From positions 1 to 31,877 of the IMG/VR virus record IMGVR_UViG_3300030708_003450: a DNA stretch of 31,877 nucleotides, one strand, 5' to 3'. The position numbers and the translations under genes were made by a program. The stretch comes from a virus. Taxonomy: Duplodnaviria > Caudoviricetes. Positions 12,001-19,700 of this stretch are shown in pieces (within the stretch, counting starts at the first letter, position 1; the number at the start of each line of letters is the position of its first letter). The notes beneath the pieces are model-generated. The model made no database searches and was not told where the DNA came from. It was given only the letters and a program-made list of their open reading frames with translations.

Positions 12001-15000
12001 CAAACTACCTAATCACTTCTTCGTAAGTGGTGAAAAAATTAGATACGTTCATGTTGGATTAACTACATCTGCTGTTGGTATTGCAACAACTAGTTTTGTT
12101 GGAGCATCTTCTACAACATTCCTACCAGGTGAAAATCTGTATGCAGTTAAAGTAGATGACAACAATATAAAAATTGCATCTAGTGCCGAAAATGCACTTA
12201 AGTCAATCCCACAAGTTGTTGAACTTGAAAGTGTAGGTATTGGAACTTCACATAGATTTATTGCTACAAATCAAAACGCAAAAGTAATTGTAGCACTTGA
12301 TAATCTTATTCAATCACCTGTTGTTTCTACAGCAGTAACCACAACATTAGCAGATTCAGTCACCATTGCAGATAATTTATTAAAATTCAGTGGCATTACA
12401 TCATTCTTCGGATCCGATATAATTCAAATCGGTAGTGAAATTATGAAGATTGAAGGTGTTGGTATCGGCAGTACTAATTTGATAAGAGTTAGAAGACCTT
12501 GGTTAGGAACTAAATTATCAGGATTTAGCACTGGTGCTTTGGTAACCAAAATTGTTGGTAATTATAATATCGTAGATAATCATCTTAACTTCGTTGAAGC
12601 ACCATATGGCAATACACCAATTGGTTCTTCAACAAATGCACCTGATGAACGTGATTGGACTGGTATTACGACAAGTTCCAGTTTCCAAGGTAGATCCTTT
12701 ATAAGATCAGGCATTGAGAATTCTTCTAATGAAGCATATCATAAAAATTATATCTTTGACGATATTTCTCAAGGATTTAATGGAACTCAAAATGAATTTA
12801 GATTATATCAAAATAGCACCGATGTGACTGGAATTTCAACAGAAAATGCAATCATTCTTGTTAATGATGTATTCCAAACACCTGGTGCTAGTAACCAATA
12901 TTCTTTAAATGAGTCAGCAGGAATTACCTCAGTAACATTCAACGGAACTGAAACAGATCCATTAGGATCAGATGTTGGTATTTCTAGTTTCCCCAAAGGT
13001 GGTATTATTGTTTCTGTTGGTTCTACTGAGGGATTAGGATATCAACCTCTTGTTGCTGCAGGAGGAACTGCTGTTGTCTCTGGACTTGGTACAATACAAT
13101 CAATTTCTATTGGTAATAGTGGATCTGGTTATAGGTCTGGTATTCAAACCGTAAATGTTGGTGTAGGTCTTTCTGCAACTGGAACACCAAGTATTGAGTT
13201 TATTGGAACTGCTGTTGTTAGTAACGGTAACGTTGTGAGTGTGGCTATCACTAATCCAGGAACTGGATATACAACATCTAATATACCTTACGTTGTATTT
13301 GATCAACCACTTTCTTACTCTAACCTCACACTTGAATATTCATCTTCCTCAGTTTCTGGCGTAGGTACTGAGGCAAAGATTGATATTGTTGTTGGTCAGG
13401 GTTCAAGTGTAATTGATTTTGAAATTACAAATACTGGATATGGATTTGGTAATGGTGAAATCTTGACTGTTGCAATAGGTGGAACTACTGGTATTCCAAC
13501 CACATCTTCTTACAGTGGAAATGAATTCCAAATCACAATTGATAAAGTTGCCACCGACGAATTTACAGGATGGTCTTTAGGCACACTTCAAGTAATGGAT
13601 GATGTAAGTGAGTCAATTGATGGAATAAGAAGAAACTTTAACCTTCTTCAAAATGGGACTGCAGTATCAATTGTTGCTGCTAAGGGATCTAAAATTAATG
13701 TTCAAGATGTTCTTCTGATATTTGTAAATAATATTTTACAAATTCCAGGAGAGGGCTACACTTTTGATGGTGGCAATTTTGTTACCTTTACTGAAGCACC
13801 TAAGGTAGGTGATAGAGTTCAGATACTTTTCTATAAAGGAAGTGGTGATACTGATGTCATATTTAAAGAAGTTATTGAGACTGTCAAAAAAGGTGACACC
13901 CTTCAGATCAAACATAATTCTTCAACTCAAGATTCATTCTTAACAGAAGATGAAAGATCTGTAACTTTAATTAATTCTACAAGTAGTGTTCAAACTAATC
14001 CTTATTATGGACCAGGTAATACTTCAAATGTTGATCTTGAAAGACCCGTAACATGGTGTAGACAAACTGAAGATAAAATTATTGATGAAATTCCTGTTGG
14101 AAAGGATAGAGAACTTTATGAACCAGTAATTAATCCAAGTGCATATATTATTAAATCTGTAGGAGTTGGTTCTACTGCAGTTTATGTTGATTCTCTCAGA
14201 CCATTGTTTAACTCTCAAAATGAGGCAACTGATTTAACCTTCCAGAATAAAATTAAATTTGTTAGACAGGAAACTAAAGCATCGGCCGCGGCAACTGCTG
14301 TTGTTTCTGGATTGGGAACTATTTCTTCAATCGTTATATCTGACGGTGGAGTAGGTTACACAACAGCAACTGTAAGTATTGCATCTACTGTAGGTGTTGC
14401 TACAACTTCTAGTGCATTTGGTTCTGTAACGATAAGTGCAGGAGGCACTGTTACTGGAGTTGCCATTACAAGTCCTGGTGTTGGATATACTAATACGAAT
14501 CCTCCTGCCGTTCTTATATCTCCACCAGCATTTACTGAGGAAGAAGTATCTGTAACTTCTTTTGTAGGTGATCTTGGTGTTATTGTTGGATTTGGCACTA
14601 CAAATGTCGGTGTTGGTACAACATCTTTAATATTTGATCTTCATATTCCATATAATTCATTCTTGAGAGATACTAATATTGCAGGAACAGCAGTGACAAT
14701 AAGTTCTCTTGATGCAAATGATTTGTTTATAGTTAGAAATTCTAACATTGGTGCAGGTGAAACATCTATTACATCCTTTGATTCTGCAGGCAACACAGTT
14801 GGAGTGGGAACCTCATTTGCAGATAATGTTTATGCAATTAGAACTGCAGTATCCATATCAACAAGTGTTCAAGGTATCACTACACATGTAAGAAGAGTTA
14901 CAGTTGATGTTGACCAGTTTATCACCTCTGGAATTACAACATCAGACTTCTTTGGTGATTATAGTTTTGGCAAGATTGAAGTATCTAGAACTAAAGAAAA

Positions 15001-15115
15001 TTCATACACTGCGTATACAACGTCTGGTGTTGGAATTACTAATGGTGTAGGTATTTCAACTTCACCAATGATTGTAAGATCTAAATCATTGAAATTTAAA
15101 AATTACTCGGTCTAA
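3002..15115 (+). CDS. gp7: Giant baseplate wedge initiator, gp7-like (4037 aa), with an embedded YHYH-like domain and many repeated beta modules
   Basis: Lies between gp6 and gp8. Has the N-terminal QLPAYVREDFP..FL..YY, the gp7-type KDFYLTKGTDRSFEILFKALY, and QDSFYYQNFSY...HTLGFRKFAD. One uninterrupted 12.1-kb ORF. Confidence 0.82.
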   Translation: MSENRVQFNTIVSNQLPAYVREDFPLVESFLESYYRGQEYQGGPVDLIQNIDKYIKVDNTTNLSSEIILDGDIDFDDTTINVSTSKSPTGTDGFPDSYGLIQIDDEIITYTGKTSFSFTGCIRGFAGITSYRSEIFSEEVVFNTTSAEDHDSGATIKNLSVLFLKDFLVKTKHQILPGFEERSLDPDLNQKLFLKQSKDFYLTKGTDRSFEILFKALYNENVQVIKPRDNLVTPSNANFEVLNEMVVEPISGNPLELENTTLYQDQYDDIIEKAYAPISSVEKVDVGFGKTFYRLTFDGGYNRDIGVDGSAYGEFKVEPTTKVIGQVSAGATVLDVDSTVGFSTDGDLYVVYSDKTNGVLSYTSKSLTQFFGVSNVNKTITDASTVGVNTFAYASTFDGDNVRVRINSVINSISPTSNAKGLKKGEIINISSLGVSENNKKTNNWIYNLAPTYKVKDIQLIDSSNFTYEITLNVENIFNSGDTATLVVSDGRKLTTSIIDVKTEKSFTIRGQGQLNTNSTFEIQRNISKTKSNFFPSANIFSTDIQNVYKSVNGDDYLVASPSIPSYKGQPLNTNSREIKFTGTFNGTEFIISPGKDHGLYSGDKVYYAAERVSETFIDEFGNSATRLVRGTGLFDDGEYFVERVNSFTVKFAKSKNNLFNSKYVSVDTVTTVNNSVVTPFEFYSKNLKPQNILRKISDPLNDGSINETEPGTTGILINGVEILNYKSKQQIKYGSIEEIEVTSPGSDLDIVNPPELVISDSVGTGATGYLAISGSLQEILIKNSGFDYLNTPTIKIDGGNGKGATASVNMKLIDHEPEFFADNAKGQVVIGTASTQSRIGFSTYHKFKNAEEVIYRTNNQEGIAGIVTDAQYYVSTIDDVTVSLHPKQNDAILGINTVFLTSFGVGKHSLKSTSKKSVVDSINVVDSGLGYQNKKRTANATSGVSTASNTIIISNHDYNSGELVRYTCVGTPINGLTVDTDYYVTKENDNSFKLSQVGVTSDKEFYYRTKQYINLTSVGVGTHIFNYPDITVTLKGEVGISSIGSETFEASITPVFRGSVTSVHLENNGVGYGSSEILNLDHQPQITINSGSNCQLKPIIENGRIVEVIVQNSGSGYNSPPDVDVIGDGLGAVVTLNIVNGSVTSVNIIEKGAGYSQDTTSITVTPSGNTNPPKFKSNLKTWRVNLFEKYLQYFESDDGFITDSRVSSNELQYAHLYAPRKLRENIFAVDQNGNKLYGESDLRQVNGIEQSSTKHSPIIGFAYDGNPIYGPYGYSTKSGGAITQIKSGYKIDIKSNRPPTSIFPEGFFVEDYTHFEVSDDDVLDANNGRFCITPEYPNGTYAYFTTINSASDNSGVFEKYKKPVFPYLIGNNYQSIPDEYNFKNNSLQETLNPDDWRRNTYPYNIIEEELEYSYIDIPNKLKQSAKINSVQPGTVNLIGISSAGIDYRIGDQVIFDNSDTKGEGLSAKVSHLKGRTVNTVSVATSTLSNVEIYSGDVNGEYVIYNDKPHNFLNFNVVTIAGLSTTSSKIEGTYRAGITTNRLSIVGTGTTGVAIGTVGVTGLVTFFGVSGDLSFSKIRDNDILTIGEEKVQVLNVDAKSSRIRVLREVEGTTGTSHTIGKYIFEDPRKLIINSGFKTDYNFRVNKQIYFNPEVIGLGTVSGVGIGTTITFSNPGAGLTSIFIPSKTIFIENHELKTGDEVTYSPGTGGSGIIVEDSTNVGVGITLTDGQKVFVAKIDDNLIGIATVRVGLGTTGTFVGIASTHRSATTLFFRSVGSGTTHSFKTNHSVLTGEVRRNLVTVSTASTHGLSSPHNISISVSPNNTVTKTLTYNDFNRRVIVDPVGFTTVGVNTTNNTISVTSHGFITGDKIIHTSSVPTEGLIDQKIYYIVKVDDNTIKLANTKHDATIEKPNVVGLSSASLGTINPINPSLKVYKNSTVEFDLSDSSLGYTVQGTQYPAFEFNLYTDKNFTKVWNKSDTNNVFELTKTGNVGSAGAKATLTVNENIPEVLYYKLDVTKESSTPTSKTSIIVDEEANSNNQINCKFSEYNGTYSINVGTTTTFTYTLGDTPESTSYTSPTSTIEYETDCTHTYGPIAKVSIETPGKNYYSLPGITTVTTAAGKNAILFTSSNDIGKVKNIDINNIDNYKLPSDKTLSPTARYPQILKIDRLAQIDSVAISSFGRGYQIAPKLVVIDGKTNNVVDDIDLRFANNKIDILKNTNGISNATPTIIPTQTDSGVGINTIVYDSSNGNVDVTLSVGFSTINSFPFKVGDKVLVENVSVGVGSTGKGFDSANYNYKLFTLTAVTENLGGIGSVRYNISDSLSGSEFPGTFDKVNSSGRITAEKNFAIFDVKLKTNNYILGETVSSGSKVGVVDDWDPKIDTLTISSDDVFDTSDVIKGNTSNISGIATSVESFDINTEVNSSVKAIKGRQTDSGVLNFDLQRIQDSFYYQNFSYSLKSKVDFDTWNDPVSTTNHTLGFRKFADYQLESNNSNNMAVGVSTDLTNVTLIKDVDSFVSLNCVFDFDLVKENNFNLNNKLVSDEIIFSNRILSDFFESVGNRVLSIDDVSSQFNSNPRSTAFSVINTFNTDEIRSQKYITLIRDKRYTAQRQLLLVDLIHDGSRGYINQYGRVESQYDQGSFDFAIASGQGELRFFPTKAKVNDYNVVAFSYNLDDAFAGVGTTSLGGVALIESTSSPITAGVTTNIVSIASTYTSAKVLVQINPDTTRNEEFETIELNIVHDGSNVELLDYGRLTTGIAAYSEVGLGTYHAYISGSDLKVDFVPASTGIGTTGVINTIQVGLASDTFTGIGTADLSYSKTKAETTSISSSATPGINTISQFTDNFDGAYFLVQVVDTTNNNYQLSEILVLDDYTTDSSEEGETYMTEYGVIETSTATGFGTFGSRVSTAGTVSLVYTPPASVNTVVNVYSNNICLIEDDTKSSEIDFTNGSIKNGFGDYTGTEADIKREFELKHENLQVFERYFEGNDSSIVSITDNTIKLPNHFFVSGEKIRYVHVGLTTSAVGIATTSFVGASSTTFLPGENLYAVKVDDNNIKIASSAENALKSIPQVVELESVGIGTSHRFIATNQNAKVIVALDNLIQSPVVSTAVTTTLADSVTIADNLLKFSGITSFFGSDIIQIGSEIMKIEGVGIGSTNLIRVRRPWLGTKLSGFSTGALVTKIVGNYNIVDNHLNFVEAPYGNTPIGSSTNAPDERDWTGITTSSSFQGRSFIRSGIENSSNEAYHKNYIFDDISQGFNGTQNEFRLYQNSTDVTGISTENAIILVNDVFQTPGASNQYSLNESAGITSVTFNGTETDPLGSDVGISSFPKGGIIVSVGSTEGLGYQPLVAAGGTAVVSGLGTIQSISIGNSGSGYRSGIQTVNVGVGLSATGTPSIEFIGTAVVSNGNVVSVAITNPGTGYTTSNIPYVVFDQPLSYSNLTLEYSSSSVSGVGTEAKIDIVVGQGSSVIDFEITNTGYGFGNGEILTVAIGGTTGIPTTSSYSGNEFQITIDKVATDEFTGWSLGTLQVMDDVSESIDGIRRNFNLLQNGTAVSIVAAKGSKINVQDVLLIFVNNILQIPGEGYTFDGGNFVTFTEAPKVGDRVQILFYKGSGDTDVIFKEVIETVKKGDTLQIKHNSSTQDSFLTEDERSVTLINSTSSVQTNPYYGPGNTSNVDLERPVTWCRQTEDKIIDEIPVGKDRELYEPVINPSAYIIKSVGVGSTAVYVDSLRPLFNSQNEATDLTFQNKIKFVRQETKASAAATAVVSGLGTISSIVISDGGVGYTTATVSIASTVGVATTSSAFGSVTISAGGTVTGVAITSPGVGYTNTNPPAVLISPPAFTEEEVSVTSFVGDLGVIVGFGTTNVGVGTTSLIFDLHIPYNSFLRDTNIAGTAVTISSLDANDLFIVRNSNIGAGETSITSFDSAGNTVGVGTSFADNVYAIRTAVSISTSVQGITTHVRRVTVDVDQFITSGITTSDFFGDYSFGKIEVSRTKENSYTAYTTSGVGITNGVGISTSPMIVRSKSLKFKNYSV

Positions 15116-15120
15116 TTACT

Positions 15121-15132
15121 AATAAATAAATA
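15121..15132 (+). promoter_or_regulatory. T4-type late promoter(s): overlapping AATAAATA x2 upstream of gp8
   Basis: AATAAATAAATA in the 32-nt gp7-gp8 intergenic gap, ending 15 nt before the ATG at 15148. Confidence 0.65.
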
Positions 15133-15147
15133 AAAAATCTCTGTCAA

Positions 15148-16701
15148 ATGGCTGCCATTATAACGGACCAGATTAGGATATTAAATGCAAAAAACTTTGT
15201 TGCTGGAGTAGAGAACTCCAGCAATTCTTACTATTCATTTATTGGTCTTCCTAATCCATCTGATTACCAAAGTGATTGGGATAGTGATCCCCCTGCACCA
15301 AAGGATAACTTTGACCAGGAGAATGACTATTGGGACACAATGGTTGCCCTGAAAAAGATTAACACTGCCGATGTTAGGCAGGTTGTTCCTAAGAGAACTT
15401 GGTCCTCTGGAACCTCGTATGACATGTATCGTCATGATTATAGTAGAACAAATACCGCGAAGATTTCTGGATCTACGTCTTTGTATTTGTCAAACTATTT
15501 TGTAATGAATAGTGATTTCAGAGTCTATATTTGTCTTCAAAACGGAATGGATCCTGACAATCCAAGTGGGAGACCTTCTCTTGACGAACCAACCTTTACT
15601 GATTTAGAACCAAGATCTGCTGGTAATAGTGGTGATGGTTATTTGTGGAAATATTTGTTTACCATTAAACCTAGTGATGTTGTTAAGTTTGAGTCCACTG
15701 ATTATCTTCCAGTTCCTAAGGATTGGAGCACATCAACTGAAAATGCTGCAGTAAGAGATAATGCTGTTGATGGAAGCATCAAAATTGTTACTGTAACTAA
15801 CAAGGGAGTTGGATTAGGAACTGCTAGTAGAACTTATACTTCTGTTCCCATCAAAGGAGATGGAACAGGTGCTCAATGCACTATTTCAATTGATGCTAAT
15901 TCTCAAGTAAGTTCAGTTGTAGTATCAAATCAGGGTTCTGGATATACTTTTGGTAGTGTTGATTTGGTTGCAGGTGGTGTTCCTACAGGAACGACTAGAC
16001 CTACATTTGATGTAATAATGTCTCCACAAGGTGGACATGGTGCTGATATTTACAGAGAACTTGGTGCATATAATGTCTTGATGTATTCAAGAATTGAAAA
16101 TGATAATCAAAATCCAGATTTTATTACAGGTAATGAAATCGCAAGAATAGGTATTGTTGAAAATCCTGAACAATTTGGATCAACAACATTACTTTCTGCC
16201 GATAAAGCAAGTGCAACAGGTGCTCTTAAACTTGTAGGAACTGGATATAGCACTGCTACATTTACTGCTGATTCTTATTTTACACAAACAATTTCTACTG
16301 GCACTACTGCTGTTGGAAGAGTCGTAAGTTACAATCAAACAACAGGTGTTCTTAAATATTGGCAGGATAGATCTTTAGCAGGTTTTAATACTGTAGGAAC
16401 TGCAAATACACAACCTACTTATGGATTTGAGTTGCAAGATTTTACTGCTTCTCCAGGGACTGGAGGATCGTTAACAATCGTTCCTTCATCAGGACAAAAT
16501 TTGACTATTGATGATTCTTTCTCAGGTATTTCTACCGTAATAAATAATCGTACATACTATCTTGGTCAAAGTTTTACTAGTGGTCTTGCAGATCCAGAGG
16601 TCAAAAAGCATTCTGGAAATATTATTTACGTTGACAATCGACCATCAATTACAAGGTCAGTGAACCAAAAGGAAGACATAAAAGTTATTTTGCAGTTCTA
16701 A
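15148..16701 (+). CDS. gp8: Baseplate wedge subunit gp8
   Basis: 517 aa with MAAIITDQIRILNAKNF, PPAPKD, VYICL.NG, GDGYLWKYLFTIKP and the C-terminal SGNIIYVDNRPSITR..NQKEDIKVILQF typical of T4-like gp8. Confidence 0.92.
   Translation: MAAIITDQIRILNAKNFVAGVENSSNSYYSFIGLPNPSDYQSDWDSDPPAPKDNFDQENDYWDTMVALKKINTADVRQVVPKRTWSSGTSYDMYRHDYSRTNTAKISGSTSLYLSNYFVMNSDFRVYICLQNGMDPDNPSGRPSLDEPTFTDLEPRSAGNSGDGYLWKYLFTIKPSDVVKFESTDYLPVPKDWSTSTENAAVRDNAVDGSIKIVTVTNKGVGLGTASRTYTSVPIKGDGTGAQCTISIDANSQVSSVVVSNQGSGYTFGSVDLVAGGVPTGTTRPTFDVIMSPQGGHGADIYRELGAYNVLMYSRIENDNQNPDFITGNEIARIGIVENPEQFGSTTLLSADKASATGALKLVGTGYSTATFTADSYFTQTISTGTTAVGRVVSYNQTTGVLKYWQDRSLAGFNTVGTANTQPTYGFELQDFTASPGTGGSLTIVPSSGQNLTIDDSFSGISTVINNRTYYLGQSFTSGLADPEVKKHSGNIIYVDNRPSITRSVNQKEDIKVILQF
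16539..16546 (+). promoter_or_regulatory. Putative internal late promoter (AATAAATA) inside gp8 serving the next gene
   Basis: NATAAATA match about 160 nt upstream of the ATG at 16708. The gap between the two genes is only 6 nt, too short for a promoter. Confidence 0.4.
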
Positions 16702-16707
16702 AGAATT

Positions 16708-19700
16708 ATGCCTCAACAAACGAACCTCAACGTAGCTCCATATTTTGACGATTTTGATCCAGCGAGCGATTATCATAAGGTATTATTCAAACCTGGATAT
16801 CCTATTCAGGCTAGGGAACTAACGAATTTACAATCAATCCTTCAGAATCAAATTGAAAGATTTGGTCAACATTTTTTCAAAGAAGGTGCAAAGGTAATTC
16901 CAGGAAATACTGGATATAGTCAGTCATATTATTGCGTCCAATTGCAGAATAACTATCAGGGAGTTCCTGTATCTGCATATGCAGATCAACTCCTTGGTAC
17001 TAAAATTACTGGACAGACATCAGGGGTTAGTGCATATGTTGATAGCATTCTTCTTCCAGAAAATTCTGATAATGGAAATCTGACACTTTATATCAATTAT
17101 TTAAATTCAAGCACTGCAAATAACTCTACTCAACAATTTACTGATGGTGAATTGCTGTCATGTAATGAAATAATTACCTCTGGATTATTAGGCAACTCAA
17201 CTATTGTTGCTGGTACACCTTTTGCAGCTGCACTTGCAACTGGTGCTAATGCAGTTGGTTCATCATTCCAGATTGAAGAGGGTGTTTACTTTGTTAGGGG
17301 AAATTTTGTTAATGTTGCTAGAGAAACATTAATTCTTGATCAATATTCCAACACACCAAACTATAGGATTGGTCTCTTTATCAATGAAGAGATTATTACC
17401 TCTGATTTGGATGAGGCACTTAATGACAATTCGCAAGGATTTAATAATTACTCAGCACCAGGTGCAGATCGTTTAAAGATAACTTTAAGTCTCTTTAAAA
17501 AAGGTTTAGATAACTTTAATGATGATAATTTTATTGAACTTGGCACGGTTGTCAATGGTGTTTTAAGAACAAAGACAAAGAAAGGTGTTTTTGGAACAGG
17601 TTCTTCAGGTAACAGCAATTTTGATGACGTATTAGCGAGAAGAACTTTTGATGAGTCTGGTAATTATTATGTCAAACCTTTTGATGTAACTCCATTAAAC
17701 TCACTTAATGATAACATTGGTAATGGTGGAATTTTTCAAGAAGGACAGTTTACTCCGGGAGGAGTTCCTGCATCTGATGAATTAGCACTTTACAAAATTT
17801 CTCCCGGTAAAGCATATGTAAAGGGTTATGAAATTGAAACCCTTAATGCTGTTTATATTGATGTACAAAAACCAAGAACAACAAGAACTTTAGAAAATCA
17901 AAATATAATTTATAATACAGGACCAACTCTCAATGTAAACAGAGTTTATAGATCTCCAAGTGTTGGATTTGGAACTTATTTCGTAAGTCTTAGAGATCAA
18001 AGAGTTGGATCTGATCAAGAATCTGCTCCTGGTAAAGAAATTGGATTGGCTAGAGTATATGATTTTAAATTAGAATCTGGATCATATGATGCAACCAATT
18101 CTGATGTTAATGAATGGAATTTAGCACTCTATGATGTTCAAACCACTGTTGATTTATCACTGAACCGAGCAGATACATTAAGTATTCCAACATTTGTAAA
18201 AGGTGCAAATAGTGGTGCTACAGGTTTCTTAAGATATGCTGTTTCTGCAGGAACAGCAGTCACTGTTTATGAAACTGAAGGAAGTTTTATTCCAAATGAA
18301 GCACTGATTTTTAATGGTATTCAAAATGGAAGAACAGCAATAGCTGTAACAGAGCATGGTATCTCTGACGTAAAATCTATTTACGGCACTAACAATGGTG
18401 TTATTGGAATTAATACATTTAGTGCCGATGTTGTTCAAGAAACAAGATTTAGTGTAGGCATTGCAACTGTAAGCACTTTATCTGGTGGTATTAGTACCAT
18501 CACAGCAAGAAATCCCCTGTTTCCAGGAACTTTAATCAAAGAAAATGATATTGTAGAATACACTGATACAACTGCTGGAAGAAATAATGATCCTATTTTT
18601 GCAAGAGTTGTAAGTGTCGGAACATCTGATTTCACAGTTGCCACAACAACTGCTGTAGCAGGTATCTCAAGTGGGTTTCTTCCATCATCTACTTTAGATG
18701 TAACAGATTTGAAAGTTCTCACTACAAAATTATCAACTGTTTCTGACAACACTTTATACACACCACTTGCAAAAGCTAATATTTCAAATGTTGATTTAAC
18801 TGATGCTTCTTTAACAATTAGAAAAACATTTACTGTAAATATTTCTAGCAATCAACTTTCTACACAAGTTGAATCTGGCACTAATGAAACTTTCCTTGCG
18901 TTTGATGAGGAAAGATATTTACTCACTAGATCTGATGGCGGAACTGAAACTCTTACTTCGGATAAAATTGATATTGGTGCTGATGGAACCACTCTTCAAA
19001 TTAGAAACTTAGGTTCTAACGATACTGGTGCAACACTTGTTGCAACTTTGAAAAAGTTGAAACCCAAGGCAAAAGTAAAAATTAAGAATAGAGTTAATTC
19101 TGTTCTTGTTGATAAATCAAAACTTCAAGGTTCTGGAATTGGAACCACGACTCTTAATAATGGACTGACATATGGAAGTTATCCATTTGGAACTAGAGTT
19201 GAAGATGAAGTTATTTCATTAAATGTTCCAGATGTTTTAGAAATTCATGGAATTTATGAATCAGCAGGAACTGGAGCACCTTCTGCTCCTTTGATGACTC
19301 TTAATACAATTAATAGTGCATCTACAACTACATCGGAACTACTAATTGGCGAACAGATAATTGGTCAGACTAGTGGTGCAGTTGCAATTGTTGCCGTTAA
19401 GACAAATAATACAACAATTGAGTATATTTCAAAAAATGAATTTGTGTTCATTGAAGGTGAAACAATTGAGTCTCAAGAATCATCTGTAAGGGGAATAGTT
19501 TCTAGTCTTTCAACTCCTAGTTTCAATATTTCTTCAAATTATAAGTTTAGATCAGGTCAAGAAGGAACTTTCTATGATGTTGGTTCTATCAAGAGAAATG
19601 CGGATTCTATTTCACCATCTAAACAAATAAAAGTTTACTTTAAGAGTGCATATTTTGATAGCACTGATGATGGTGATATCACTACAGTTAATTCCTATAA

